From: the human T2T-CHM13v2.0 reference genome, Homo sapiens
Direction: 5' to 3' (one strand)
Length of the DNA stretch: 64,000 nucleotides
Assembly (NCBI RefSeq): GCF_009914755.1
Contig: NC_060926.1
The position numbers were made by a program, and so were the translations under genes. Under the pieces are notes generated by a model. The model ran no database searches. It was not told the origin of the DNA and saw only the letters and a program-made list of their open reading frames with translations. This document shows, piece by piece, positions 1 to 13,600 of the stretch (positions are counted from its first letter, which is position 1; each line of letters opens with the position of its first letter).

Positions 1-927
1 GGAGTCTAAGGAGAGATGAGGGTCAGAAAGGAAGTTCAAGGGAAGAGAAGGTGGAGGCAGACATGGTCAGGGCCTGGCAGCAAGGGGGTTCATCTTCTAG
101 GGCCCCCACTCTCCCACAGCCTCTGGGTAAATCTAGTAGGGGAGGTATGTTGTGAGGAGGAGGAAGAAAAACAAGCACCCTGGGCTAAGAATGCAGAGTA
201 GAGTGCTGGGATGGCTTCCCCACTCCCTGCCTCTGTAGCCTTGGATCAGTCACTGGCCTGCCCTTGGGCCAAGGTGTCCTCAACCTCATGAGGGTGCTGT
301 AGAGATTAAGTGGGAGTGAGATAATTACAGCAATGCCACAGAAGGCTGGAAGCTGGTGTCTAGGAGCCAGCTGCTCCTTCAACCCTGCACTAAGGGAGGT
401 CACGTGAGGAGCGTGAAGAGGGCCCTTGTGGACCAGCCAGAGGGGACCCCAGGAACAGCAAGCCTGCTACTTCTCAGCCTCCCAAAAAGAGCTTTCCCCT
501 GGACTGTCCCCCAGGGAACTGGAGCTCCAGCTGACAACTGCTTGTGTAGAATAAGAGATGACATTTGTTCAGAGCCTCGGAGGACAGATCCAGGGCCACT
601 AGCGGATGCTTCCTGGAGTCAAACATCTGCTTGGCAGAAAGAAGGACTTTCTATCAGTCAACACAAAGCTGGCAGCCCCTTCCCCACCCGCTCTCCGGGG
701 ATTTGCCCAACTTTATTCTCACACTCATACTCTCTTCTCTCTTAGGGCCTTATTTTTAAAAAGGGACCTGGAAAAAGAAGGATCTTCAAGACCAAAGGGC
801 TAGGGAGAAAGGAACTGATCAGATTGGGCCCTGGACACAGGAAATCCTCAGGCTAATGGAGGGGAGTTGAGGCAGAGACACCCAAGGCTGGGCTTGGGTT
901 AGGAGAGCTTCACAAAGCAGCTGCCTA

Positions 928-999
928 GAGGGACCAGTGGAAGAGACCCTGGAGGGACCAGTGGACAAGGCCTTGGAGGGGTCAGTGGAAGAGATGCTA
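928..999. repeat. 24-bp minisatellite, 3 degenerate copies
   Basis: GAGGGACCAGTGGAAGAGACCCTG / GAGGGACCAGTGGACAAGGCCTTG / GAGGGGTCAGTGGAAGAGATGCTA. Confidence 0.8.
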
Positions 1000-2169
1000 C
1001 AGGAGCCAAGGTCAGAGGAGTGAGGGAGAAGAAAGGACCAGAAAAGAGGGCTCCCAGCAGGAGGTGAGTCCAGAGACTCAGTGCTGGCCCCAGCCTGCCT
1101 TTCCTGCAAGTTGTGTAAACCCAAGTGAGATGTTGAGTGGAAAAGATGGCAAGCACTCCAGGGACAAGAGACAAGGCCCTGGTACACCCTGCCAAGTGCT
1201 GGGGTAAAGGAACAAATCAGACACAGCCCACAATAATGCCCCCTAGGAAGAATTCCCATTTAACAGATGAGAAAACTGTGACTCTGAGAGATTGAGTTCC
1301 CAGCCATCAGAGAATTCCTGGTCTTTAGGTTCATGGGAGCCAGTGTGGGGAGGGAGAGAAGTCCTGCCCCCGCACACCCCCTGCTAGCAGGAGGCAGTTT
1401 CCACTGGAGAGCCAGGGATTTGAGGGAAGCATGAGGCAAACACCAAATGTTTTACCAGTGGAAATAAAATTGAAAATGTCCCTGGAACCCACTTCATCCA
1501 GAATTTCCAGGGGAGGTTTGGTGTGAGTGAGTCACCAAGAGCACAATGGCTGGTTCCGAAGGCCAGGCCAGCTGAGCTCGGTGGATATTTAAACAGAGCT
1601 TGGGGAAAAGATGGTCAAAAACACTGGCCTGTGCCTGCTGAAACCTGAAAGGGTTGCCTCCACCCTGCCTGAACCCACTGACTGCAGGAGGCTTGGCAGG
1701 CCCCATGTGGCTCTCAGAGGCTGGACAAGGACTGGGGGAAACCCAGAAAACAGTGAGGGCAGTAAATCTCTGCCTGCCCACGACAGTGCTCTGGCACCTT
1801 CAGCATCCTTTTCCTCTCTAAGGAGAAAAAAAGTACATAACGAATAACAGCCCCCAAGATCAGAAGAGTTATTAGGCAAGCTTAGTGCTGCGCCCGCTCT
1901 CTTTCTCCCCAACAAAATGTAAGCTTTTCCACGATACCTCCAGCCAGTGTCTTGTGATGTCACCGCCACTCTCTCACAAGCTCCCTTCTCCTTCACGGAA
2001 CAAGCATTGAAGATGGATCAGCAGGCAGGATCACCCTGTTCTGTTCCCAAACTCCACCACATGCAAGTGCCTCTGAAAGAGAAAACCCCAACCCTACACG
2101 GGAGAAGATGGCCTGACGTCTAAGGACAATTTCCCCTTAACAGCTCAAGAAACTGTCCCAGACAATGAG

Positions 2170-2350
2170 AATAACTAACAGTAAGTTGCACCAATCACGT
2201 GCCATCATTTAAGCCTAACAACAGCCCCTCCAGAAAGAATTGTTCTTTAGCAGATAAGAAAACTGAGGCTTCAAGAGATTGAGTGCCCAGGCCAAGACAG
2301 CATTGATAGTCAGAGAATAAGTAGCAGATTGAAGCATCAAAACCTGCCAC
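2170..2350. mobile_element. MIR fragment
   Basis: MIR core-like CAGATAAGAAAACTGAGGCTTCAAGAGATTGAGTG; boundaries approximate. Confidence 0.55.
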
Positions 2351-5300
2351 TTCCCTAGACTATCTCTCCTTGTTCTCAATACATCCCTGAGCCCCAACAG
2401 GAGTGAACTCTCCAAGCATGCAGAATGTGGGAAATGTCTCTGATATTCAGAAGCATACTAGACTAGCATCCATATATCCTGGGTCCAAAAACCTAGGAGT
2501 CAGGCTAAATCAGGCTAAGTGGCCATTGTAAAATAATAATAATAAAATATTCACCCTAATAATTATTATTACTATGAAGTCTTCCTTGGTGCAGCAAAAA
2601 TCCTGGGCTTCTGAACATCCCCATGTAGAGAGAATCCAAAGTTCCCACCTTAAGCCTAAGGGGCAAAAAACACTCTCCATTCTGACTCTCCAGGTGAGAT
2701 GAGCTGAACAAACAAAAAGCTCTCAACTCCCAAAGATTCCGGTTGCAGATCCACACCAGGCCCGGTATCCTGCCTCACTCCTGCCCCAGCCAGAACGCAC
2801 CCCCGCCCCCACCCATGGCCCCCAAGTCCTCCAGCCTCAGGGATGGTGGACATTTACCCTCCCTCTGAAGACTAAGGGCCCCCAAAACCAGCTCTCAGTC
2901 AAGCCTCAGACTTTCCTGCTCCTGGGCCACTGCTGGGCTCAGAGGCACTGCAATGCTGAGGGCAGCCACCGCAGGCTTTCCTCTAACAGGCCATGCACAG
3001 AGTAGACGAAGTCAGCGTCAGATAGATGGAGGTCTTACTTGTAATCCTGAGCCTCAGTTCTTCTGTCAACTGGGCACAAAATTAGTACCCACCCCCAGGG
3101 CCATCGTGAAGATGAAAACATATTAATGCTTTAAACCATGGGATGGTGATTAATAAAGATTACCTATGAGTGTGAGAATGCTTAAAGCTGAAGACTCAAT
3201 AGACCAGAAGATCAAGGCTTGTCTGCCCCAGATGACACTACTTCCCATCCATTTATCCACCCCCGCCTTGAAGCCACCCCTAAGTCCAGCGCTCACTTTC
3301 AGATCCCCAGAGACACAGCTCCACTAAGAATGAATTCATTCATTCAGGGCCTAGAGCAAGAGGACAGGTGAAAGTCTGTGACCCACCTGTCCTTTTCCTA
3401 TCTCCCATTCTGGTGGAGTCCCACACCATGAAGGGCCTCGTATGTAAGTCTATAGACCCCTCCTTAAGCCCATACATTCAAGCCCAGTTCACATGCTGCC
3501 ACCCCTCAGACTTAGAAATGCCCTCATGGGTGGCTCAGGAAAGACCCCAATGAGACTCCACGCAGGCCTCAGAGACATTGGAGCAGAGGAGTCCAGGGTC
3601 CCTGGTACCAGGAGTACAGTGGAGAAACCTAGGGTCAGACTCCAGTTGGGAATGTGGTTTTGGTCCCTTGTCCCCTGGGAAAGGGCAAGGCTGGAGGAAG
3701 CCCAGAGCAGGGACACAAAAGCACCGTGACCATGGCAGTTGCTTTCCCTCGTTTACTCAATACATTCTCTGGGAACCCTGTGTGACCTGGAAATACCAAG
3801 GTGAATAAGGCCCAAGACTTGCCTACAAGGAGTTCTCAGTCTGGGGATGTGATGAGGTCCTCATAATTGCAGTAAAGTGAGCCCCATGGGAGAGATGTTA
3901 ACCACAGCAACCAAGCTCAGAGGTGGGGCAGCCCCAGACAGCAACAAACCTCTGAGCAGGAGGAAGGGGAGTCCTGCGGGCAGAGAGTGGTGGCAAGAGT
4001 ACTCTGAGAGAGGACAGCGCAGGCCAAGGTGTGCAGGAGTGTGGGCCTGGTCTCCAGCACCATTTGGGAAGGCAGAGCCCAGGAGGAGGAAGAGTTGAGG
4101 ATGAGGCTCAAAAAGCAGAAAGGAAGTGAACCAAGCAGGGCTCCTGTGCTAGGGAGCACTAAGGAGTCTCTGGACTCTCAAATTCCAGCCCGGCCCTCCA
4201 CACACACAGTCTACTCCACCTGCTTAGCAGAGAACCTTCCCTGTCTTGCTCATGGGCTCCATCCTGCCTCCCAGCTCAGTGCCAATACAGCACCAAGAAT
4301 GTCCATGGCCACCTCACCACCACATCTGCAAGGGTGACATCACAAGCCATCTGCAGCTCTGGACAACACAGCCCCTGTTGGCCTGGTGATGAAGCTGTGA
4401 TTAGATGCAGGGGCCAGGCCTAGGGCTGATGGCTGGAGCCCAGCTGGCCCCAGCTGGAGAGTCAGCTGCCCTTCCCAGCCAGCGCCTTCCCCTCCTGAAG
4501 CACATCCCATGCTACCCAGGAATTAACTAGGGAGGGACACTGTGAAAAACCAATGCCTCTGAAACTTGGGGAATATCACAACTACAGATTTAGAAATCCC
4601 CAGAATATGGAAGGCAGAGACTTATATGACCTTGACTGACCTATCTTCCCGTAGACAATGATGCCCTCAACTGCGCAATGGACTTCAGGACTAGGGTATG
4701 GAAGGTGGGTGACATGCCTGCCACCATCTTCCTTCAATCAATAAGCCCTAGGCCGGCTTCATCCCTTTCCAAACACCACCTTCCCACCTGCAACTGCCCC
4801 CATGGCCTCTGGCCTGGCCACACGCAGCTCCTCAATACACTCACTGCTGCACTCAGATGGGTCTTCTCACTACTCGGCGCGTCCCTTCTCACTCAGTCCC
4901 CCAGCAGAGCAACACCCTAGGTACCAAGCCAAACCTCAAAGGGTCAAAGGCAAGGAGGCAGGAACCTGGTGCGCTCAGGGAAGAGTGTGACAGGACCCAG
5001 TGTGGGAGAAGCAGGGGGGCAAAGTGGACATAGTAGCCTGGGGTCAGGTCACCAAGAGCACCCCACACCAGGTGGAGAATCACTGTTGCCTTAGCACTCC
5101 ACCCCAACTCTTGCCAAGCATGTTACATTTCAAGATCTACTCATAGAGGGTAGAGGCCACCCTAGGACATCCTCTGGACTCCTGGAGAGGTTACAGGAGT
5201 TTTCTGGGGCTATAAGGCAAAAATGCCCTCAGCTTTCAGAATCTAAGTCAAAGTCACCTGCTCTCTAGAGATTTTTCTGACTTCCCAGCTCTTTCCTTGC

Positions 5301-5369
5301 CCCACTGTACCTGCGAGAAGGTTCTCATAGCATTGTGCTTAATGGCTGGTAGTTCTATCTTCCTCCACA

Positions 5370-5513
5370 CCTTAGGTCTTTCGAGTGGAAAGACTATGTC
5401 TTATTTATCTTTGTATTTCCAGAGCCCAGTAAAGTGACTAGCATGGAATGTTTGTTCAAAGGATGGATGGATGGATGGATGGATGGATAGATGGATGGAT
5501 GAATGGATGGATG
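5370..5513 (+). repeat. L2 3' end with tail expanded into (GGAT)n microsatellite (5461-5513)
   Basis: L2-like terminus TTTATCTTTGTATTTCCAGAGCCCAG...GAATGTTTGTT followed by GGAT repeats. Confidence 0.7.
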
Positions 5514-6299
5514 ATAGACTCTGCATTTCACAGCAGTCATAGATTCAATGAACATTATCTTCAAATTACTACTTGCCAAAAAGCTAAGGTGGATAAAAGC
5601 AATGGACCCAATTTTCATGGTTTTCCCAGGTACCCTTCCTTCTGTCTGCTCATCCCACTGGTGCTCAAAACCCTTGGCAGATTCCTGAGCTGGGGCATCA
5701 GGCCCAGCCTCCCAAAGACAGCATGGGAGAGGAAGAGCCACGACTGGATCCTGGCACCAGAACAACCCTTCGGTAATTACATGTTTCCAGACAGACATAA
5801 ATAGACAGATTAGCCTTTCTGCATTTTTCTCATAAAAATAACAACAGTTCCTAAGCACACTGGCACGAGCATGGACATTAAGCATTGCAACCTGCTGTTC
5901 TTGGCAGGCAAGGGCTGGCCTTCCTTGCTGTTTCCCCCTACACTGCCTCCCCCTCCAGGCTCTTGGAGGGCTCCTCATGCCTGGCTCTGTCCACCCCTAT
6001 CGCCCCAGAGCGGGTTGGCAGCCAAGCCCTGAGACTGGCTAAGGGCTTTTATGAGCATCATGTCCATGCTTTGCTATTCTCTTGGCTGGATCTTTATCTG
6101 CTTTTAGTCATTATGTAACTAAAAATCCTGTACACACGGTGAAACGATTATATGCCCCTTTCTGTACTAGGGAGAATGTTTGCTTTATTTCTGCCCTAAC
6201 CCAGAAGCAGAGCACTCCTAACAGTGAAGCCCCTAACATTATACACACACTTAATGTAATCTCTCTCCCTTTCCTTCTGCTCTGGCCCTCTTCCTCCTC

Positions 6300-6301
<2 letters not shown>

Positions 6302-6358
<57 letters not shown>
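6302..6358. repeat. (CT)n microsatellite
   Basis: About 28 uninterrupted CT units. Confidence 0.95.
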
Positions 6359-6360
<2 letters not shown>

Positions 6361-6988
6361 ATTCTTTCCTACTTGTCCTCAGACTCCCATGCTGAACCTG
6401 GTTATGACCATGGCCCAAGGACCAAGGCACCTTCACTTTGCGTCCCACACTCTTCCACACCTGACCTGCCTCTAAGGCCTCAGGGCTCAAGAATCAGACC
6501 CTGAAGTACTGATCACCAGACCCTCCTCCCTAAGGCCCATGGATCTCCCAAGCTAAAAGAAGTCCTATCCTCATCCTCCTAGCAGATACTGACCCATCAG
6601 GCCTCTGGCCACAAGGTCAAGGGTCTACAACTAACCATCAGATGGCCATTGCTCCTTGTGGAAGACAAATGATGACTAGAACTGCTTGCAGGCCATAAAA
6701 AGCTTTATTTTCTCTTCCATGTGATGTTATTACTCCTCATGGCCTCCCTCAGAAAGACCCAGAACAAGGGGTGGGACCTTGTAGCAGGCTACATGCCACA
6801 TACCCAGTCAACTATGCAAGGTATCTCTCAACAGGACTATGACATTCAATGAAAAAGAAGAGGAATTTGAAGTCAGAGGACTTCAGTTCAAGTCCCAGCT
6901 CTACCTCTCGTTAGTTGGTAGGTTCAGGCAAGTCACTTCCCCTCTCTGAAACACATAAGCAAAAATGGTGGTATTGTGCCTAATCATC

Positions 6989-6991
<3 letters not shown>

Positions 6992-7023
<32 letters not shown>
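6992..7023. repeat. (GT)n microsatellite
   Basis: Uninterrupted GT run. Confidence 0.95.
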
Positions 7024-7025
<2 letters not shown>

Positions 7026-7089
7026 TATTACTACACAATGTGGTGTCCCATGCCATGTTCGCTTACAATGCAGCTTAGTAATTATTTCA

Positions 7090-7620
7090 CATAGGTACAT
7101 AAAGCTTTCTTGTTCTTTCCACAGCTATGTAGTATTCATTTGTATAGATGTAATGTTATTTTTTAATACGTAATCCCCAATCAACTTATTTTTAAGCTTT
7201 TTTCAGTCTTTGACTCTCTCCATCAATGCTGCAGTGAATGACCTTGTAAAAATATCATTTGAAACACTGCAAATATATCTGCAGATTAAAGCACAGATAT
7301 AAAATTACTGGGTCAAAGGGCATATGCATTTGTAAATACAATAGGCTTTGTCCAATTACCCTCATAGATGTTGAATCAATTTGCACTTCCACCAGAAAGG
7401 TATGCATGCTCGTTTCCCATATTCTTGAAAACACAGTTTTTCACGTAACATTTAATCATTGCCAAATGTTGATGAAAATTTGTATCTCAGTATAATTTAC
7501 ATGACTCTTATTTTTAATGGGTGTGAAAATCTTTTCATATTTTTTACCATGTGTATTTCCTTTTCTATCGGTTTATAATATTTTTCCATTGTTTTATTTA
7601 GCTATTGGCTTGTCAGTATT
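7090..7620 (-). mobile_element. Old L1M (L1ME-like) 3' fragment
   Basis: Antisense L1 ORF2-end motifs such as AATTACTGGGTCAAAGGGCATATGCATTTG and AATTTGCACTTCCACCAG. Confidence 0.6.
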
Positions 7621-7776
7621 CAGGAGCTTTTAATCTGAAGCTGCAGAGACAACACAAACCCCCAGAAATTGAGTACAAATGTTATGTAACCATGTGTTCA
7701 TTTCTCTTGAAAATGTTTTTATTGCTTTTATCAAATTCTCAAAGGGTTTGTGACCTTTAAAAGTTAAAAACAAGTG
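7621..7776. mobile_element. hAT-Charlie MITE (Charlie4z-like)
   Basis: CAG...TG termini and GCTTTTATCAAATTCTCAAAGGGTTTGTGACC motif. Confidence 0.45.
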
Positions 7777-7929
7777 AATGAGATTGCCATTAAGAACTCT
7801 TCAAGAGTTAACAACTGAATCTATGAATGCTGCAGAGTTTAAGGCACTGAGCATCAATAAACACCTATCTGTGTGCCCAGTACTGGCTCAGTGGTGTCGT
7901 AGGATACTCTAAAGGATTGGCTTTTCAAA

Positions 7930-9448
7930 TCCAAAATGAGTCCCTACACATGTTCCACTTGCAGTTTAGATGCAATATTTATAGGTAGAAGGGTGATCTA
8001 TTCACCCCTAGGGACACCATGATAAATTAGAAAACATAGGTACCGTGATGAATGTAGGATTCTGATGATTACTCTAGTCCTACTGTCAGTTTCAGTAACC
8101 ACAAACAACTTGTTCCTGGAGGTTAAATACCGCCCTTGACATTTGCTTCCCTGGAATCCCATCATTCCCAGTGAAATCAAGAAAACCCTTCCTATGGCAA
8201 TCTCTCCCCCCATCAACTCCTGCCTGCAGCAAACAACCATCACAAAGTCTTGCAAGAATGCCAGTACTTCTCCCACCAATGTACAGTGTTTCTCAACTTT
8301 GTATAAAAGAGTGATATCTGTGTGAACCCTCCTGTAAGGGGCTGGGTGAGCAGGTTGCATATGATAGATCCATTTCAGCATTCCTATCTCTTTAAGCCTT
8401 GGGATTTCTTTGTCTGCAGTATGCCAAGGAAGTTCTGATGTGTGAGTTTCATTTCACTCGGGACACCATTGAGTCCAAGTTTCAGTCAAAAAAACAAGAA
8501 AAAGCAAACTGCCAGAGTCATGCTGAGCTGCTCAAGCTAACAAATTAGATCAAGAACCTGGTAAATACATGCATCTTGATACATTCATCCCAATCCAACA
8601 TTACATAACCTTCTCCCTAGACTGTCACCTTGTAATTTTTCTTGCATGTATGCTTTCTCCTCCTGGGTCATACTTTGTCCTCAACCCTCTTGGGCATGCT
8701 AGGATCTGACTTAGTTTTGAATCTGAAAACAATGAGAGGTAGTGAGAATATGTCTTAAGGGGATATAGCATCTCCTTATAAGGTCCTTAAGCAAGTGGAA
8801 AGTAGTTTCCTCGGAGAGCAGTGGAGAAGGTTGCTTCTAATGGCAAAGTAGGCACAGAGAGATTTGGGATGTGAGGCCAAGCTATTCTGAATCAGCCAAA
8901 TCTACCCAAATGTCTGCATACCTATTCTCAGTGTCTCACTCTTTCTTAAACAATGTCCTCACTTTAATACAAGACCCGGTATGGATGTAAATTACATTGT
9001 GCTATTATCTGCAATTTCATAATTGAACTTTGTAACACACTAAGTTACAAGACAAGCAACAATTATTTTAAGGCAGTTACAGAAGCACTCTGATTCTCTG
9101 ATCATTGACTTGTACCCTGAGATTATTCATTTCTTTTATTCCAGTGCAGTCAGAAATGGCCAGCCTGCCCACCCTTACAAGTCTCACTCCACGTGGCCAC
9201 CATGACATTCTATAGCAGTCACCATGTCGTCTGCCAAAGCCTTGCCCTTCATAGGTTCTTTATTCCAGACAACTTCAGGTGACATTTTAAAACTACTGTT
9301 TGCCATGGTAGGCCATGCATTGTCAATATTCCATTTTCTTTTGAGAAAGAAGCCATCACTAGCTTCAAACCTAATCTGCACAGATAACCAACCCATTCTT
9401 CTCATCTTTAAATGTCTGCTTTCTAGGAGCACTTGCAGTGCCAAATAC
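7930..9448 (-). mobile_element. ERVL-class internal remnant, decayed gag
   Basis: Minus-strand peptides QRLKEIGMLKWIYHMQPAHP, SLGMMGFQGSKCQ and NIDNAWPTMA...KGKALAD resemble ERVL gag (QRLREIGMLEWI, EGKALGD); many stops and frameshifts. Confidence 0.75.
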
Positions 9449-9650
9449 TGAATCAGCCAGGAGCCAGTCAGGAAAACAGAAATCTCTCCAGTTATATTAA
9501 GCAGGATGTTGTTTCATGCAAAAATGTAGGTGTTTATAAAACTGTTAGAATAATATTAGGAAAGACCACGATTAGCTCTTAGGAACCCATGAAGGATGAC
9601 CACAGCAGGAACATGTCCAGAGATCACTATAATACCTCCCACTTCTTCCT
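9449..9650 (-). mobile_element. ERVL-class 5' LTR, U5 end (LTR40/41/33-like)
   Basis: Minus strand ends ...CTGATTCA and directly abuts GTATTTGGCAC (ERVL-type internal start); CAGTCAGGAAAACAGAAA motif; far boundary uncertain. Confidence 0.55.
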
Positions 9651-10250
9651 AGATTCAACAGACTGAATGATGAATAAACTGCTCATTTTCCATTATAATT
9701 TTTTAATTGAAAGATTAACAATAAAATTAGAAATGTGGTTAAAAATACAAAGCTGTTTTAACATTGCAAACTTAACAGTATGATAAACCTCAGAAAAGCA
9801 AAACCAAAAATGAACTGATGTAGCTATCTCCGGCTTTGGTATAGCTGAGACTTTGGGTCTCAGGTCCAGGAAGGGCTTGGCTTTCTAACATCTTAAAGTA
9901 GTGCTCTTTGTCACTTGGTCATTTGACTCTGGTTTTTGCTTTAATTTTTTTTCAGTGAAATCCACAAGTGGCTCGTCCATGGTTCTGGGATTTCCAGCAA
10001 CTTCTTCAGATGCATAAAACTCTTTTGGCCTTTCTTCCACTGAGGCTGTTGTCTTTTTAGAGAAAAGCTTTTTATCTCTGACAATCACTTTCTACTAGTC
10101 TCTGGAAAAAGGCCTCTGTTATCTTCTCATAAACCCTAAAAATGGGTCTGTGGGGCCATGACACTCCAGAATGTTCTGTGCTTGTGTACAGCCCAGGAGT
10201 TCCCATAAACTAGCAATGACTCCCCCAAGGCACCCTCAGCCATTAATACC

Positions 10251-10663
10251 TGTATTAGGGTTCTCCAAAGAAACAGAACCAATGGGATGTGTATCTATAT
10301 AAACATAGAGAGAGGGAGGTATTTATTTTAAGGAATTGGTTCAAGCAGTTGCGGAGGCTTGACAAGTACAAAATCTACAGGGTCTGGCAGCAGCTGGAGA
10401 TCCCAGGATGAACTGCAGTGTGAGTCCAAAAGTCATCTGCTACAGAATTCCTCCTTGCTTCAAGGTCAGTCTTTGCTCTTAAGACCTTCAACTGATCGGA
10501 TGAAGCCCATTCACATTATGGAGGGTGGTCTGCTTTACTTCAAGCCTACTGATTTAAACATTAATCTCATCTTTAAAAATACCTTCATGGAAGTATGTAG
10601 AATAATGTTTGACCAAATATCTGAGCACCATGGCCAAGTTGGCACCAAAAATTTGCCATCACA
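10251..10663 (-). mobile_element. MLT2 (ERVL) solo LTR
   Basis: TG...CA termini, MLT2 signature TGTATTAGGGTTCTCCAAAGAAACAGAACCAAT, perfect 5-bp TSD ATACC (10246-10250 / 10664-10668). Confidence 0.9.
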
Positions 10664-11010
10664 ATACCTCCTTCAAGAAGCCCTTTCTAGGGAGCAACCC
10701 ACTGAACAGTTTCAGAACGTAGCCTTCCTCCCACGCAGCATCCCATGCCTTGAGGTTACTATGGTGTTTTACAAACATGTCAATCTCACCTACTTGAATC
10801 CGCACACCTCAATGGCAGAATCACTTCCAATTCATCTCTGTAGCCTGCTACCAGCCCAAACCTGACAGAGATGGCTCAGTGTCTGCCGATTGAAAGAACG
10901 AATGATCCCTGTAGGAGCTGGGGGAAGCTGATCCTACTTCCTCTCTCTTGAGAGGGTCTTGCTTCTCTCAAAACATCTTTTCAATAGACATTTGAACATG
11001 CAAAATAGAG

Positions 11011-11334
11011 GGGTTTTTTTGTTTTTTCTTTTTTTTTTTTTTTTTTTTTGAGACGGAGTCTCTTTCTGTCGCCCAGGCTGAATGGAGTGCAGTGGCGCGA
11101 TCTCAGCTCACTGCAAGCTCCTCCTCCCAGGTTCATGCCATTCTTCTGCTTCAGCCTCCTGAGTAGCTGGGACTATAGGTGCCTGCCACCACTCCTGGCT
11201 AATTTTTTGTATTTTTAGTAGAGACGGGGTTTCACCGTGTTAGCCAGGATGGTCTCGATCTCCTGACCTCGTGATCCGCCCTCCTCAGCCTCCCAAAGTG
11301 CTGGGATTACAGGCGTGAGCCACAGTGCCAGGCC
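11011..11334 (-). mobile_element. AluY
   Basis: Poly-T tail, Y-type GTGTTAGCCAGGATGGTCTCGATCTCCTGACCTCGTGA, TSD CAAAATAGAG (11001-11010 / 11335-11344). Confidence 0.93.
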
Positions 11335-13536
11335 CAAAATAGAGTTTTAAGGCAACCCAGTGTGGTTTCTTCATGGGGAGACAAGGTACACATGAGACCA
11401 GTTAAAGATTATAGCACACAAACCTCACTTAATACCAAGTTGGTACTACAAATAGTACCTTGAGTAACCCACTGTAAGTCTTTCTACTGATCATTTCTAA
11501 CCAATGAGGGAAACACTTTAGGTATCCTGGATAAAAGCACCTTGAAGTCAGGATCTGAACATTGTAACAGGCCCTCTTGCATCTCACTCTGGACCAGGTT
11601 CTGAGCTGGTGTCTTTCTGGATGTCAGATCTGAAAACCCTGCAAACTAAACACATCTGATTCCCAAACCATCTCCTTGCAGTCAGGAATGGCCCATGCAG
11701 TGACGCATTCATGGAGGGGCTCCCACAGTTCCCAGCCCTGCCAAATCACTGACATGCTTCCCCAGACACTATGAATGGTGCCAGCAAGTCCCGCTGGAAG
11801 CCGAGTCTCCTCATGTCCTGATTCTGTTCTGTCTTCAGACAGACTCAGAGGGGAACATGAGCATGAAACACACAGCAATGTGGCCATCAGCCAGGGACAT
11901 CAGAGCCCAACCCACTTCTTCTTGGGGTGAAGACAGACCTAGCATTGACAGCAGAGGGAGGTGTGATTTCCCCAGCAAAGTCCAGACTTCCTCACTGGGA
12001 GCTTTAGAAACCTCCAGGTGTGAAGGTTACTTAATAGGTGTTGAGTATAGGATCAGGGATCCATGAGGCCAGGAGGGTCAAAGAAGGAAAGGGAGCCTGG
12101 GCTAGGGAATGGCCTGAGGGTGAAGGACCTCTCCCCACCACCTTCATTTCTGGACTATTTGATGAAGGAAGGAGCAACCATTGCTCTTCACTGGTGTCGG
12201 CGGGAGGGGGGAAATACAGGTCTGGGAGATCTGCCTCTGATTAGCTGAGTGGCTCTCAGCAAGCTCCTTAAAAGTCCTGGTTTGTGTCACAGTGGAGGGG
12301 AGGTGATGGAGGACAGGCAGTCCTCGGGTGATTAATGGTGTCTGGGTTTCCACCTCCAGAATTAGTGCTCTAACTCTCTTCTGAGAACTGGATGCAAGAG
12401 TCTTTAGCTGGAGAGGTGCTCCCTTTCACTCCCCACCCACACACCCTGCTAAGTGCAGAGCCAGGCACACAGATTTCTCCATCAACAGCTCTTGGATTGA
12501 TGAAGAAAAGCCTTCTAAAGGGAAAACATTGTTTTTCCTTGATTAGGGTGGGTTAGCAATGAATGAAGTTCCAGGACCCTGAATTCCAAATGGCTTCTCA
12601 CTTGGGTCAGGTGCTTTCCTTGGTGGTGTTCTGCCTGGGGGGTCTTCTCCTGAGAACAAGGCCTATACCTTCTCCTGTCTTACCCTCTTAGCCAAGAACA
12701 GGACCAGACACCAGCTGCGTACTAGGTGAAGCTCCGGGGTGGAGGGGCATACATAGATGAAGGGATGGATAGAGACACTGAATGTGTTTGTGAAAGAGCA
12801 CCCGGCCTCTGTAGACCCTGCCTTGGCCTGAACTGGATTTCCCTGTTCTAGTCATCACCCAGCCTTTGCTCTGCAGGGAAATATATGGGTGAGCGGAGAG
12901 CCACACATACTTCCCCAGTGAGCTTCAGCTCGCCCCCTCACCATCAATCTCCAGGAGGCTGGCTCCCCAAGTGGCTCATTGTTTCTGGTTTTATCTGAAA
13001 CAAAAATAGACTCTTGCAAACATTCCAGTCTTGAGGTCATCAGTTCATAGGCCTCATCCAGCCCTGGCTGATGTTCCTCCCTCGAGCTCACTGAGGACAC
13101 TGTGGCTGCCTAGGCACAGCTGGCTTCATTGCCATTGTGGCTTATTCAACACAGCATGTTCTTCCCTCAGGCCTTTTAGATGGTCCTTGGATATGAAGCT
13201 GTTCACAGACAGCAATGCCAAGCACTCAGACACCTTAAATAGCTGCCAAGACACAGACCTCCAGGGCCAATCATGTCCCTTTTGGGGAATGACTCAGTTA
13301 CCACTCATGAGAGCCATCATGACTTCTCAGGGCCCCCAGGGCATACTGCATGGACAGGGCTTTCTTCCCATAATTCATTCCATGCTATGGGTGTTTGTCT
13401 ATGTATCTTGCCCTGTCATTGGAGGGGAAGCTTCTGGTGGGTAGGAGCCAGGTCTGATTCAGCCCCAGGACCTTGCCAGGGAATATAACCAAATTCCTTC
13501 CTAGACAATTTTGTTAAAAGAGGCCGCATCAGGAAA

Positions 13537-13600
13537 TATTTATTTATTTATTTATTTATTTATTTATTCATTCATTCATTCATTCATTCATTCACTCATT
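13537..13600. repeat. Compound (ATTT)n(ATTC)n microsatellite
   Basis: Direct reading. Confidence 0.9.

Noticed and set aside
928-999. CRISPR-like or coding repeat
   Set aside because: Three contiguous degenerate 24-mers with no spacers, in primate DNA
5394-5978. 194-aa ORF
   Set aside because: Runs through a (CCAT)n microsatellite and an L2 tail; no protein resemblance
10359-10865. 168-aa ORF
   Set aside because: Non-ATG start and mostly MLT2 LTR sequence
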